Shown here in pieces: positions 12,366 through 25,645 of a stretch of 64,000 bases of DNA (position 1 is the stretch's first letter; every line of letters starts with the position of its first letter). The translations under genes and the position numbers were made by a program. The stretch lies in NCBI GenBank assembly GCA_965644295.1, contig CBFFRP010000399.1, forward strand, positions 62,001 to 126,000, in the 5' to 3' direction. Under the pieces are notes generated by a model, which made no database searches, had not been told where the DNA came from, and saw only the letters and a list, made by a program, of their open reading frames with translations. The stretch is from Paraphysomonas bandaiensis. Lineage: Eukaryota > Protista > Chrysophyceae.

Positions 12366-14223
12366 ATGAAAGATCCTGAGTCTCGAGTACTCTCATATTA
12401 TATGATTCTACCAGTGGTATTTTTGTACTTTGCTGTTCTCTTTGGTATAGCTCCTTTAGCCCCTCAAATTCACATTCAAGTTGTATGCACTGCAATGGAT
12501 GCTGAGGATTGCGAATCCTCTCGTGTGTCTAGCCAAGCTAGTCTTCTAAACGCTATTGCTGGAACTGCTTTAAGTGTGCCGTCAATTATTACCTGTGGAA
12601 TATATGGGTCGATTTCGGATAAGTATGGTAGGAAAGTAGCAATATTATTGCCTATAGTCGGTGTCGGCATATTGTGTATATCATACTGTATCGCTGCAGT
12701 TGAAATATTACGCCCTATATATACCCTGGTTTTACTCATTAGTGCGAATATATTCATGGGCCTTACTGGATCATATATAACGTTTGTCATGGGTATAATA
12801 TGCTTTGTTTCTGATGCGACTGTTCTCATTCCAGAATCGCGTAAAAAAGCGTATTCCTTCACAGAGGCGACTATATTTGCTCCTCAAGTTATATCGCCAG
12901 TTCTTACCGGTATATGGGTTAAATACCATGGATTTTTATTACCCACTGCTCTTGGCAGTATATTGAGTGCTGTCAGTGCTATATATCTTCTGTTTTACGT
13001 TCCTGAGTCACTTCCCCGCGACACGGAGTCACGCCTACAGCCCCTAACAGTCCACCCTTTTCAGACTTTAACGAATTTAAAGTTTTTATTTAAATATAAA
13101 ACTGCAACTGGTACTTCACCGCTACCCTATGTTGGCACAGCATTTTTCCTTTTCTTTATGGCAGTCACTGGACAGCAGGGGATGCGAATAGTATATCTTA
13201 AACATCGGTTTGACTGGGATGCTGCCTACATTGGTATATATGACGGCATGGAAGGACTGTGTACTACTCTTTCAATGGTTTTTGCTCCACTGTTGCTAGT
13301 ATATTTGAATCCTTTTCAGCAGCCACTGAAAGTTATATCGTGGATACAAATCGGCTATTTCTTTCGGTAGGTCAATGATAATTCCAATATATAGACCTGT
13401 TGATACACCACATATATTTATATGTCAATCACTATGACGATGCTTATATATTTCAAAGTGGAGTGCACTTCCCGCTTAATTTGTTTCTGCATTGTATATT
13501 TCACGATTATACAATTATGGTTTTTAGCATGAGTGTTGTGGTGCTGCACTGTATTGTCCTTATCAAACAAAGTAACATAAACAGTTAACGATTAAACGAA
13601 ATGTTGGAAGTAATCTGACTTTATTTCTCAGGTCACTGCATTGGATGCTATTTGGTATTATGACTTCAAGTGCGGGAATTTTTTCCCTTTTACCGCTTCT
13701 GTTATTGTGTGGACCGATATCACCTTATACCCGAACTATCTTGTCAAATAGCGTGCCTCACGAAGCTCAAGCACAAATTTTCTCTGCCTTTTCTGCGATA
13801 GAAGGGGCGGCATCATTACTTGCGCCTGTATATGGAGTTGTGCTGTCGGTTTTATTCGACATCAACGCGGCGTACTTAATATTTGAAATTATGGCGTTTG
13901 TTGCTTTTGTATCATTCAGCCTGATTTGGTATGTTCGGAAAAACGAGATGATATATAGAAATTTACCAGACGATTCTATTTTAAGGCGGGCCAGGCAAAG
14001 TGAAGAGTCATTGACGCTTCATCACTTATCTGCTGGGAGCGTAGACCGTCCACATACAATGTCGCCAGCAATGTATGACCAGCGTCGGAGATTATTAAGT
14101 GAATCGGATGCCCATCATTTGCGTGTTAATGAGACTGATGAAAAGAGTCGTGTGGATTTAGGACATGATTGTGTGGATGAAAGTGATCAAAGTCAAGCGA
14201 GAGCAGTGTCCTCTCATATGTAA
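12366..14223 (+). CDS. Major facilitator superfamily transporter (SLC46/PCFT- or TetA-like)
   Basis: Exons 12366-13366 and 13632-14223 (265-nt GT-AG intron). Contains MFS motif A GSISDKYGRK and about 12 hydrophobic segments. Confidence 0.9.
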
Positions 14224-15424
14224 TTCTACTCAGTATGAATTGCAAATGTATCATGAATAAAAGGTTATTACTATGCAGCAGAAGGTGGCCAGTGGCTAGG
14301 GAACAATATATAGAATTGCAATAATTGACAATCCCCTGAAACCATATTTGAAGTAAAGTATTGCACGGCAGATACTCTTTTACTCAAGTATAGTTTAATA
14401 ATAGTAATAACTTCTTATTTCGAACACGATCGTTTCTAGATATGCCACTTTCATAATCTGCTTTAACCAAGGACTAGTATGTAGTAAGCAGAAGAAATAT
14501 ATACTATATAAGGGCAAGCAGCCCTTTATCTTTTATATGTCACAGTAATACTCATTGTATATTACGCATTTACAAAATCATTTTTTCCCTCTGGATCGTC
14601 TTCTTTGGGCAATCGAAACCAATTTACTCCATAAGTACCTCGCTACAACTGGTGCATTGCCAGATCTAATCAAATTATACGCGATTCCAGTAACAATAGG
14701 TGCTGCAAATCGCACAGCTGCTCATCACTTATCTGCTGGGAGCGTAGACCGTCCACATACAATGTCGCCAGCAATGTATGACCAGCGTCGGAGATTATTA
14801 AGTGAATCGGATGCCCATCATTTGCGTGTTAATGAGACTGATGAAAAGAGTCGTGTGGATTTAGGACATGATTGTGTGGATGAAAGTGATCAAAGTCAAG
14901 CGAGAGCAGTGTCCTCTCATATGTAATTCTACTCAGTATGAATTGCAAATGTATCATGAATAAAAGGTTATTACTATGCAGCAGAAGGTGGCCAGTGGCT
15001 AGGGAACAATATATAGAATTGCAATAATTGACAATCCCCTGAAACCATATTTGAAGTAAAGTATTGCACGGCAGATACTCTTTTACTCAAGTATAGTTTA
15101 ATAATAGTAATAACTTCTTATTTCGAACACGATCGTTTCTAGATATGCCACTTTCATAATCTGCTTTAACCAAGGACTAGTATGTAGTAAGCAGAAGAAA
15201 TATATACTATATAAGGGCAAGCAGCCCTTTATCTTTTATATGTCACAGTAATACTCATTGTATATTACGCATTTACAAAATCATTTTTTCCCTCTGGATC
15301 GTCTTCTTTGGGCAATCGAAACCAATTTACTCCATAAGTACCTCGCTACAACTGGTGCATTGCCAGATCTAATCAAATTATACGCGATTCCAGTAACAAT
15401 AGGTGCTGCAAATCGCACAGCTGC
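14019..15424. repeat. Apparently exact 703-bp tandem duplication (14019-14721 = 14722-15424)
   Basis: The sequence from TCATCACTTATCTGCTGGG to AATCGCACAGCTGC recurs at offset +703. The unit covers the 3' ends of the convergent MFS and DnaJ genes and their shared intergenic region. Confidence 0.95.
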
Positions 15425-16060
15425 AGAGATAGCCGCAGGAAATCTAAATATAGCCACAATTGGAACAATTACTCCTAATATTACAAATTTATTTGCCACT
15501 GCAATATTCCACAATGGAGTAAAATTTCCATTATCTGCAGCCTTTAGGGCATACTCAAATTCTTCCTTCACTTCGGCTGAATAATCATTCCACGCCTCTT
15601 TAATGATATCAATATCTTCCCAAACAGAATTAAAAGTGTCTCGAGATTGTTGCTCAGTTGATTGAGTTTGAGTGCGTTGGTACCACCGACTACCAAGAGA
15701 ATCATACTGTTTGCGCTTCACAGGATCCGAAAGCACATCGTACGCGCTCGATAGCTTTTGAAATCGATCCTTTGCGGTTGGATCATTAGGGTTCATATCA
15801 GGATGGTGTTTTTTAGCTTGATGGAAATAAGCCTTCTTGATTTCTTGTTGTGATGCCGTTTTAGAAACACCCAGAATAGCATAGAGATCTTCTTGTGTAG
15901 TGTAATTACTAAAATGTCTGCTGTGATCACACGTATAGAGCATGGGAAAACGTTGAATATGTGGCAATAGCGAAGGAAACGTTAGACGAACAACCATAGA
16001 ACGAACACTTATTGAGAGTGGGCTCTTAGTTCGTAACGTACGAAAGTGGCGGAGGAGCAT
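15281..16060 (-). CDS. DnaJ/Hsp40 J-domain protein with probable mitochondrial presequence and C-terminal membrane segments
   Basis: J-domain DLYAILGV...IKKAY...HHPD...[13 protein letters not shown]. The N-terminus is Arg/Ser/Leu-rich and the C-terminal region is hydrophobic. Single exon. Confidence 0.9.
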   Translation of the reverse strand: MLLRHFRTLRTKSPLSISVRSMVVRLTFPSLLPHIQRFPMLYTCDHSRHFSNYTTQEDLYAILGVSKTASQQEIKKAYFHQAKKHHPDMNPNDPTAKDRFQKLSSAYDVLSDPVKRKQYDSLGSRWYQRTQTQSTEQQSRDTFNSVWEDIDIIKEAWNDYSAEVKEEFEYALKAADNGNFTPLWNIAVANKFVILGVIVPIVAIFRFPAAISAAVRFAAPIVTGIAYNLIRSGNAPVVARYLWSKLVSIAQRRRSRGKK

Positions 16061-16373
16061 TGCTAATAACTAATACAGTAGTATGATATGGAGATGACAA
16101 TTTCTTAATTTGCAAACAAGATGCAACAGTTAATATTTCCTAAGTCTGAATACTACAATAAGATAGCATACTGAAGCAATTTAAGACTGGTTGTCGATGT
16201 ATTAACCTGCATACCAAAGGGCACGATTGCCCTATCCTAGCAATACTACTATATACTGTATATACACATATCCTACTGCTGAAGTATTGGTGCACTGGAG
16301 GACTAGCTTCCAAAAATCCAACATCCGTACCGATTATTTGGGTTTTGTTCACCTTTTGTTTTTTCGGATTCTC

Positions 16374-16397
16374 CACTGTAGTATACGGTATACAGTG
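16374..16397. promoter_or_regulatory. Candidate GTATACGGT motif in the DnaJ/PHB2 divergent promoter
   Basis: CACTGTA-GTATACGGTA-TACAGTG has inverted arms. The same GTATACGGT core occurs at 19336-19344 in the next divergent promoter. Confidence 0.3.
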
Positions 16398-16529
16398 AAT
16401 ACATCTACATCTGCAAGCCTGTCGATATGTCTTTATGAGGTCCTATTGGCCTATTGGTGATGCGATGTAGAACCTTCGATTGATAGATCATACGAATCAC
16501 ACACATTCCACTGGTCAATATTTCCAGTG

Positions 16530-17696
16530 ATGGATAAACTGAAGCAAGCGTTCAATAAAGCAGCATCAAAAGTTCCTAAGGGAATGCCCAAAGGTGGGGG
16601 TGGTGGGACTGGAAAACTTGTTTCAAAAGTAGCTGGTCTTGCAGTTGGTCTGGGCTTTAGTGGCTACGGCTTATACCACTCCATTGTAACAGGTTGATAT
16701 ATATAATCAATAAATCATAGTTAATATACATATATAGTGAAACCTGGACATTTGGGGATTATTTACAATAGATTTGGCATCGGGTCTCAGCAAGGTGTTC
16801 AGGAAATTGGAGTCTGCAGAGAAGGATTAAATTTTGTTATTCCATGGTTTCAAAGAGCTATTATATATGATGTGCGAACTAGACCTAAAGCAATCAACTC
16901 GATAAGTGGGAGTAAAGGTAGTGTTGATATCTCCTGCGTGATAGGTATGTAATGTAATAATGTGCACGTGGATACAGATCTGCAGATGGTTGAGATATCT
17001 TTACGTGTACTCTACAAACCTGATCCCAACAACCTCCCATTTATATACCGACGCCTGGGATATGGTCAGTAAAGTATGAATGTAGTGTACGCAATAATTT
17101 CTATGGCAGATTTCGACGAGCGCGTACTGCCATCAATTGTCAATGAGGTAACCAAGGCAGTTGTTGCCCGGTTCAATGCGTCTGAACTCCTCACAAAGCG
17201 TGAGGCTGTCAGCAAGATGATACGCGAAATGCTCATCCAGCGCGCGGCCGATTTTCATATTTTGCTAGACGATGTGTCAATCACCCATCTCGCCTTCTCG
17301 AAGGATTACACTGCTGCCGTCGAAGCCAAGCAGGTAGCTCAGCAGGACGCCGAAAGGGCTCGATACATCGTGGATAAGGCCCTTCAGGAAAAGAGAAGTA
17401 TCATTATCCGCGCTGAAGGAGAAGCAGCGGCTGCTGAGCTTGTTGGAAAGGTATGGCTTGCTGAAGGCTATCTTCTATGTATTGGAGTGATGCGATTCTG
17501 TAATGTACAGGCCATTCAGGCTAATCCCGCTTTCATCCAGCTTCGGCGCATTGACGCCGCAAGGGAGGTGGCAGAGATGGTGGCCGGATCTCAGAATGAG
17601 GTATATTTGAATGCCGATAACTTGCTTTTGAACCACCTTGGGGAGGTGCCAGAACAGGTCGCAGAGATGAAGGGCAAAAAAGGCTGGCTCTGGTAA
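16530..17696 (+). CDS. PHB2: Prohibitin 2
   Basis: Five exons (introns 16693-16737, 16918-16977, 17065-17109, 17451-17510). Motifs GSKDLQMV, DERVLPSIVNE and AVEAKQVAQQDAERA, with the PHB2-type N-terminal extension and YLNADNL tail. Confidence 0.92.
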
Positions 17697-18586
17697 GAGT
17701 CTTTGCACACTATGAGTGTGTATCCCCTCCGTAGGACATTCTTAGCTTATTATTATATACTGGTACGTTATGCGTGTTAAGAGAGATATTAGTTTCAAGC
17801 TGAATATGCATCGAATTAAATCCTAACGCAGAAATATCATTGATTAACCACTGACCAGAATTTAATAAACAATGTGATCTACACGTAGAGTCAGTTTTCA
17901 AGGCCTCAAAATTCTCGTGGAGCCTTATGAAAGAGTACATTTTATATATCGTATTGGAGTAAGTATATTCCTTTAAGATAGAGCTGTATTTTCGTTTAAT
18001 AAAGTGTTAAACAAACTGGTATATGTTGTCAAAAATACTGTATAGCTAGCTGTATAACTGTGAAACCGAAGTATTATACTGATTCAAGATACGGAAGTTA
18101 TCAATGGCTGCTATTAGAAAGCTGAAATTGTGCTGATCATGTTCTATCTGACACAATGATACTCTATCCGCCTAGGGTAAAAGGACACAGTGGTGCATAT
18201 ACTCAATAATAATTTATTTAGTCTATAACTGATTGAAACGTTACTGAAGTACTGTTTCAAACCATTTCAAATTACTTTCTCTAGTAGAATCTAGACACTG
18301 CACTGTTCTAGAGTATTCAGTAGTACAGTAGATCGCAATATGTTGTACATATCAAGATAATATGATTGTATGACTTCACGTAAAGTTATGAAAGATTGGG
18401 AGATTTTTAAATAACAAGCGTTGGGCTCTATGAAATTACACGACAGCAGTATACTTCGATAAACTATTTCATCAGAATATTTATAATATTACGACTGAGG
18501 AATGACATCAATGCTTTCGTTTTCCTACGAGTACATGTAATCTAACTAGTGTAGAAATAACCTAATCTTGACACACTAATTCGTAT

Positions 18587-19145
18587 CTAATCAATGGCAG
18601 GATTCGCGGAGAACGCCTTCAGTGCGAATGACGAACCACATCCGCATGCAGATTCACTTTGGGGGTTATTTACAACTGCAAAAGCATTCTTGATTAGCTC
18701 CTGCTCATAATCTACGGTAGATCCTTTAACCAGCTCGAAACTAGATTCATCAACAACAACAGTTGCTCCATCCTTGGTGAAAACTCTGCAAAATGTCAGC
18801 ACAGCATTTGAATCAATCTACTTCGCCACGTACTTGTCATCGGAGGAGAGTGTATCATCCGATTCCATTGAGAAAGCGTACTGAAATCCAGAGCATCCTC
18901 CGCCATCCACAGCTAGTCGTAATATCAAACCATCATTGTTCGATTTCTTGCGAAGTTCATTTATTCTCTGTTCAATATATTCAGAACAAAATCTGATTTA
19001 TAAAAAAGCAAACCTTTGCACATGATTTCGTTATAATAAGCATTTCATCCAAATTATGAGATACGGATTCTGCGAAACTTCTCATGAGAGGACTGTATAC
19101 ACGCTGCACACTGAAGAGCTTTCGCACAGTGATACCACGAATCAT
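18587..19145 (-). CDS. ISCA2: Mitochondrial iron-sulfur cluster assembly protein, IscA/HesB family
   Basis: Three exons. Presequence-like MIRGITVRKLFSVQR, then DGGGCSGFQY and NNPQSESACGCGSSF. Confidence 0.88.
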
Positions 19146-19332
19146 TACTTTGCTACACTATTATCTATTACTATTGCTATTTTGTTAACAGAATAAACTG
19201 GTAGATGGTGAGGATGTTAGTGTCCACTGTAAGTGCAGTTCTATGAAGTTATTTCATGTCAACATGTACTGTACATGTGTATATAGACGAGAGAAGGAAG
19301 GTCTTCCAGACAATCCTCCTGTTCAAGAACAT

Positions 19333-19360
19333 ACCGTATACGGTGTATACAATTGTATAC
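19333..19360. promoter_or_regulatory. Two abutting perfect palindromes in the ISCA2/OXCT1 divergent promoter
   Basis: ACCGTATACGGT (19333-19344) is immediately followed by GTATACAATTGTATAC (19345-19360). Confidence 0.35.
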
Positions 19361-19611
19361 TTTCCCGTATATTGGCGATTGGCATATTTTGGGGACAGGA
19401 ATACAGTGTATAGATGCACACTGTGGTATGCAATTTCAACACTGAATTCTGTGTATCGGAGTGTATATGCAACTCATAGTTCCACATCATACTGCAGTTG
19501 CATGGTCATAATATATTGTTATCCATATCACCCACAGCAACTATCTGCATAGTTATTGTACAGGAGAATAATAAATAGAGTTATTCCAATCTAATCCAGC
19601 CATAAGTCCAA

Positions 19612-21357
19612 ATGAATATCTTGTGTCAAAGCGTATCTAGACGATCGGTCTCCTCTACTTTCTGGCGCAGAGCATTGTCGTCAAAGGTCTACAAATCAGC
19701 TAAAGAAGCTGTTGCTGATATTCCTGACGGCGCAACACTGTAATATATTTAAACCTTGTTGACGTACGTATGTTGCTTATGATATTATCAGTTGCGTTGG
19801 CGGGTTTGGACTGTGTGGTATTCCTGAGAATCTTATCGGCGCTCTTCGCGAAGCAGGACCGAAGTATGAATCCATGAATCTTACATTTCCTATATTTAGT
19901 TTTACTGCAGGAATCTCACATGTGTTTCTAACAATGCTGGTGTGGATGACTTCGGCCTGGGGTTGTTGCTGCAGACTAAACAAGTCAAGAAGATGATATC
20001 CAGCTATGTTGGAGAGAATAAAACATTTGAACGACAATGTATTATCTGTCATATTATTTATTTTTTGTATTATAAATGTATATACAGATTTGACTGGTGA
20101 GTTAGAGGTTGAGCTAACACCCCAGGGTACTCTCGCGGAGCGTCTGCGAGCGGGAGGTGCCGGTATCCCTGCTTTTTACACCCCCACCGCGTACGGTACA
20201 AACATACATGAGGGGGGCGTTCCAGTGAAGTACAACACTGATGGGTCTGTAGCAATCGCAAGTGCACCTAAAGAATCTCGTGAGTTCAATGGACGAAACT
20301 ATGTGATGGAAGAAGGGATTGTTGGTGACTACTCTCTGGTGAAGGCTTGGAAGGGCGACACGGATGGAAACCTTGTCTTCCGCGCAACCGCCCGTAACTT
20401 TAACCCCGATTGTGCCAAGGCAGGCAAGGTGTGCATTGCTGAGGTTGAAGAGCTTGTACAACCCGGTGAACTCTCGCCAGATGACATCCACTTGCCAAGT
20501 GTGTACGTAAACCGCATTGTCAAGGGAGAGCGTTACGAAAAGCGCATAGAGCGACTAACAGTTGCTAAGCCGGAAGGAGCAGCACAGGAAACCAAGAATG
20601 CTAAGTCGTCCAGCCGAGACCGCATTGTAAAGAGGGCCGCAAAGGAATTCAGGGATGGCATGTATGTCAACCTGGGCATCGGAGTGCCCACTCTGGCCAG
20701 TAACCATATTCCGAAAGGGATGAGCATCATGTTGCAGTCGGAGAACGGCCTCTTAGGTGTGTATTATCATTCTGTCCTAATATGAGTCATATAAGTCGCT
20801 GACAGGAATGGGTCCCTACCCTCAGGAGGGAAAGGCTGATGCTGATCTCATTAACGCTGGCAAGGAGACCGTCACGTACGTCCCAGGATCGTCCATATTT
20901 TCTTCCTCCGAGTCCTTTGCCATGATTAGAGGTAAACACGTGGACCTCACAATTTTAGGGGCCCTCGAGGTCAACCAGTATGGAGATCTTGCTAATTGGA
21001 TTATTCCGGGAAAGATGGTGAAAGGTATGGGTGGGGCTATGGATTTGGTTTCCTCCGGCAACAAGGTTCGTGCTCTGTGAAGAGTTTTCAATCTTTGATT
21101 TTTTTACGCAGGTTGTGGTCACAATGGAACACTGCTCGAAGACTGGTGCCCCGAAAATTCTCAAAAGCTGTGCACTTCCTCTCACTGGAAAGAAAGTAGT
21201 GAGCCTTATCATCACTGAGATGGCCGTTTTCGAAGTCTCTCCTACTGAGGGACTTACTCTCATTGAGAAGGCCCCCGAAGTGTCGGTCGATGATATCAAG
21301 GCTAAAACAGAGGCGCCTTTCAAGGTGTCCGAGAACCTCATCGACATGCAGCAGTAA
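19612..21357 (+). CDS. OXCT1: Succinyl-CoA:3-ketoacid CoA transferase (SCOT), mitochondrial
   Basis: Six exons joined by GT-AG introns. Motifs [40 protein letters not shown] (catalytic Glu) and KGMGGAMDL. Confidence 0.96.
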
Positions 21358-22134
21358 TTGATTAGCTGTATGCCACAACATCTTGTCTGTCATTTTCTTG
21401 AATTTAACTTTGTGATAGATACGTAACGAATATATTGCTATTACAGCTTGTTGTTAGTACCTTTTCTGTGACATGACGAGCGATATTCGCTATGGCCTTT
21501 TGGACTCTAAAATGTGGTAGCGATGTATAGTGAACAACAGAGAAAATTGATCATAATTTGATTGCATTAAATATACGCTAGTTCGTGTGTTCCTGATGTA
21601 GATATTTAGTGCTATGTTCTGTAAAGATTTCGTACTACTCTAAGCTCTAAGGACTTTCAGTGTAGTAATGCAAACGTTGTGATTGTTACGAATATCAGTT
21701 ACTTTGAATAGGGGCGAGAATTAATAACTAACTATTGCTACTTCTATGCAGCGATCATATTTGAGCATTTGATTAAAAATGAGAGACATCTGAGAAAATT
21801 GTAAAAAAAGAATATCAAAATTTTTTACTTAGCATTATAAACGAAGGCTAAGACTCAAGATAACGATAAGTCAGGCAATGAACAGAGTGCTACTTAGTAT
21901 TCCTATATAGACACTCCACGTAAGCAAATACATCACTGCATGGTCGATATCACACTTATAAAATCTCCATTAGCAGGAACAATTGTGATATGGAAGTTCG
22001 CACATATCGAAGACTGCTCAGCTACATAGATATAATAGCTACCTATCCTCTGAGCTGAACTACAATGTATATACAGTATTTAATAAGATTGGCAATAGTG
22101 AACACCTAAAGTCTGATATGTAGCTTAACCTGCG

Positions 22135-22995
22135 CTACAGTCTCTTAGTACTGTACGGCCACTCAGTGTCCGCTAGCTCTGCTCGAGGTAACTGTGCGCG
22201 AGCGACACGTGATGGAACACCGATTCCATCGCCACCGAGCACAGATTCATCCATACGACAGCCAGCTTCTAAGTACTCTCTGATATTATTAGGTTCTAGC
22301 GACCAGCGTGCAGATTCCCGTGCAAATAAAGGCGCCTCCCGTTCATACACACGCACGAAATGAGCAATGAAACGGATATACCAATCCTCGAAAGTTGGGG
22401 ATCGTGTAAATAGGCCGACCTCCCGGGCAGACCAAAACATCAGCCGCATCCATACCCTTGCATCAGCAAGATTGAAATGCTGGCCCACTTGCTCTTTCGG
22501 ACGCTTTGTCGAGTGCCAGGCCGCCACGTGTGCAGATGTACGGTCGTGTACAATATGGTTATGCCCCGTTGCAAGAGTAATAGGAGTAGGATTCGAGTTT
22601 CGAACAGCTCGCTCAGCTGTCCAAACATTACCTTCTCCACCCATTTTTTCAACAATCCAATTTCCAAGTCTCTCAAAATGAGGATCATTATGATTCATTA
22701 TAAACTGATCAAGATGAGGGTCCGCAAACGCTTTCTTGTAGAAGACATCAGTCATCTTACGTATTTCATCTCCACCACCGATTTCACGTAATAATTCAGC
22801 TGTATGCTTGTTACCACGAAATGAATTCCCCTGTATTTGTAGTGGTATATAACGATACGGCTCAGGGTTTAACTGACTCTGATTAGTTGAGCTTGTTTGT
22901 GGTATAGAATCTCTAGATAGATCCAGATTGGCCAGATCCCTCGACTCAGATTCGATATCGGGATCACTGAGAAGTTTTTGGAGTGCTTTCTTCAT
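22135..22995 (-). CDS. Truncated (2/2) globin-like protein
   Basis: IGGGDEIRKMTDVFYKKAFADPHL (B9-B10 FY), LGNWIVEKMGG, candidate proximal His in SAH, and ARVWMRLM. Single exon of 286 aa. Confidence 0.8.
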   Translation of the reverse strand: MKKALQKLLSDPDIESESRDLANLDLSRDSIPQTSSTNQSQLNPEPYRYIPLQIQGNSFRGNKHTAELLREIGGGDEIRKMTDVFYKKAFADPHLDQFIMNHNDPHFERLGNWIVEKMGGEGNVWTAERAVRNSNPTPITLATGHNHIVHDRTSAHVAAWHSTKRPKEQVGQHFNLADARVWMRLMFWSAREVGLFTRSPTFEDWYIRFIAHFVRVYEREAPLFARESARWSLEPNNIREYLEAGCRMDESVLGGDGIGVPSRVARAQLPRAELADTEWPYSTKRL

Positions 22996-23342
22996 TGATA
23001 AGAGTTTATATGTGGAATTATGAGTACTTGTGTGTGTTTATTACGAGGTGTCTTGAGTTAGGATACATAAACACATCCATACATTTGCTGTAAATAAATT
23101 TCTCCAACAAATTTCTTGACCTTCTTTAGTGAAAATTAAGAGTTCTCGAAACTATGTCTCCTAAAATTACCAGTTTTTGTATAAATTTGTACACAATCTG
23201 ACAAATAATAAGAAAATCCCTGACAATTAAAATATATGCATTGTGGATCTGTGTAGTATATCCAGCAGTGTGGTATGTGGGAGTGATATGCTGTAGAGAT
23301 TGATACTATTAGCATACTTCCATTTCATTATTCACTGTTGGA

Positions 23343-24818
23343 ATGAATTTTGTGAATCAACAATCAGCTGTAATGTTGGATGAGAATTGTGAGATTATTG
23401 TTGTTGGAAGTGCTAATATAGAGTAAGCATATGTATTGTATGGTTCTGTGTAACATCTATACACAGTCTAGTGACTTATGTGCGTCAACTCCCCCGTTCA
23501 GGAGAAACTATAATGGGTAATGCATTTGTTAAGAAATACGGTGGCAAGGGCGCTAATCAGGCGGTTATCATAAGCCGTTTCACTCGCAATGTCACGCTAT
23601 GTGCATCTGTTGGCAATGATGACTATGGCAATGACTATATTCGTCAGCTATTGACTGAGGGGTGTGGTGTGCAGAACATTGTATCAACTTCTGAGGCATC
23701 TACAGGAGTTGCATGTATTACTGTGTCTGAAGATGGCTCGAACACAATTGTGATAAACCCTGGAGCTAATTTCTATTTAACTCCTGCCCATGTACGGGAA
23801 ACTGTTGATCGCTCTCCACAGACCAAAGTACTTGTGTGTCAAAATGAAGTTTCTCATGATACTACTAAGGCAGCATTACATGCCGCCTCTGAATCTGGTA
23901 TGCATAATTATATCACGCATGATGTCGAGTATTTAATAGTGCATCATATCTGTTGAAATACTGATTCTGTTTGAGGGTGCTTACTATGTCATGCAGGCGC
24001 GGTTAGCATTTTCAACCCTGCACCGATGACTGACCGCGAGAAAGTTATGGAGCTCTGTCAATTGGCTGACGTTGTATGTCCAAACGAAACAGAGCTGTAT
24101 GAGCTTATTGGGGGTATGACACCATAATAAATCCTTATTCATTTTGAAATGTAGTTTACATGATAGCATTCCGAGGAGGAAGCACTTGTGCACTTAATAT
24201 TTTCCTATGTATAACCCTTTTCTGTATCTGAAGAGAGTATGCCGGTCGATACAGAGGAAGAAATTGTTAAGGCTGCAGAGTATTTGCTCTCTATGGGTAA
24301 GTGTAGCTATCTTCCGAATCTTTGCTGCTGCAAGGTGTTAATGCTTATATTACAGGGATCTCCACCGTGGTAGTTACGATGGGTAGTAGAGGGGCGTGTA
24401 TAGTAAAAAAAAATGAGGTTAAATTAGTTCCAGCTGTAAAGGTGGCTAATTGTGTTGATACTGTGGGAGCCGGCGACTGTTTTATAGGTGTGGTTGCCGT
24501 CTCTCCGTGGTATTATCTGTGATTTTTATATTCAACACATTTTGTTTTCATCTACATAGCACTTAACTACTTAGGTGCAGTTGTTCCTTTTCATAAATGA
24601 CTGCTTGTGATGTAGGAACCATGTCCTACCACCTGTCTCAAGGAACCGATTTAAGTGGAGCAGTACAGAAGGCTGTAGAGTGTGCGGCACTATCTGTGAC
24701 ACGGCAAGGTGCTCAGGAATCGTACCCATCTCGGGATGAATTGAGAGAGCGTAATTTGATAAACTCTACTTCAAGTGTATGTACTAAGGAGGAAATCAGA
24801 GCTAAACTCATGTCCTAA
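23343..24818 (+). CDS. RBKS: Ribokinase (PfkB family)
   Basis: Multi-exon gene with VVGSANIDLV, GGKGANQA, FNPAP, PNETE and DTVGAGDCF. Confidence 0.92.
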
Positions 24819-25357
24819 ATGTGTAGTAGCTGTAGCACGTTGGTGACGGTGGGGCTAGTCGGTTTCGTTGTACGCAGCAGCATATCATCTGCAAGCGTTG
24901 TGTACATCGAAAGGTTATAGTTATCGTAATACGCAGAACGTATTTTATGAGCATAAGTGTAAAGCAGGGGTTGTATAGTGTCGTAGTCGCATGTTATTGT
25001 ATTATAACACATTCATGACCATAACCATAACCAGATCTCTACACCGGTCTGAACGTATTTGTCACCTTTGTAGTCCATTAAGACTTGAACTCTTCCTTTG
25101 TAAGCAAGCCTGTAGTGATATACCACTGTTACGAACACTGTATAAGATATGTGCACATAGTTTAGCACGCTATTACTTCTCCGAATTCATCATTTAGTGC
25201 TCCCGTCTTATTTCTAAGACCTCATTCCTCAGAGCCATTGCAGACTCGAACAGAGTGCAAGTAGTTGCCTGTGGAAGGCACAAGGCCTCATACGGCACGA
25301 ATCATTCATGGATTTTAGCGCTGGATTTTGGGCGGGAAAAAAAGACACTGTACACGG

Positions 25358-25611
25358 CATACATACATGCATACATACATACATACATACATACATACAT
25401 ACATACATACATACATACATACATACATACATACATACATACATACATACATACATACATACATACATACATACATACATACATACATACATACATACAT
25501 ACATACATACATACATACATACATACATACATACATACATACATACATACATACATACATACATACATACATACATACATACATACATACATACATACAT
25601 ACATACATACA

Positions 25612-25645
<34 letters not shown>

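Noticed and set aside
10066-13631. Possible intronic snoRNAs in the longer introns (SF3B5 intron 2, MFS intron)
   Set aside because: No convincing paired C/D or H/ACA boxes with terminal stems were visible.
14555-14926. 123-aa ORF ending with the MFS C-terminal peptide
   Set aside because: It is a chimera made by the tandem-duplication junction (antisense DnaJ plus MFS tail) and starts at a non-ATG codon.
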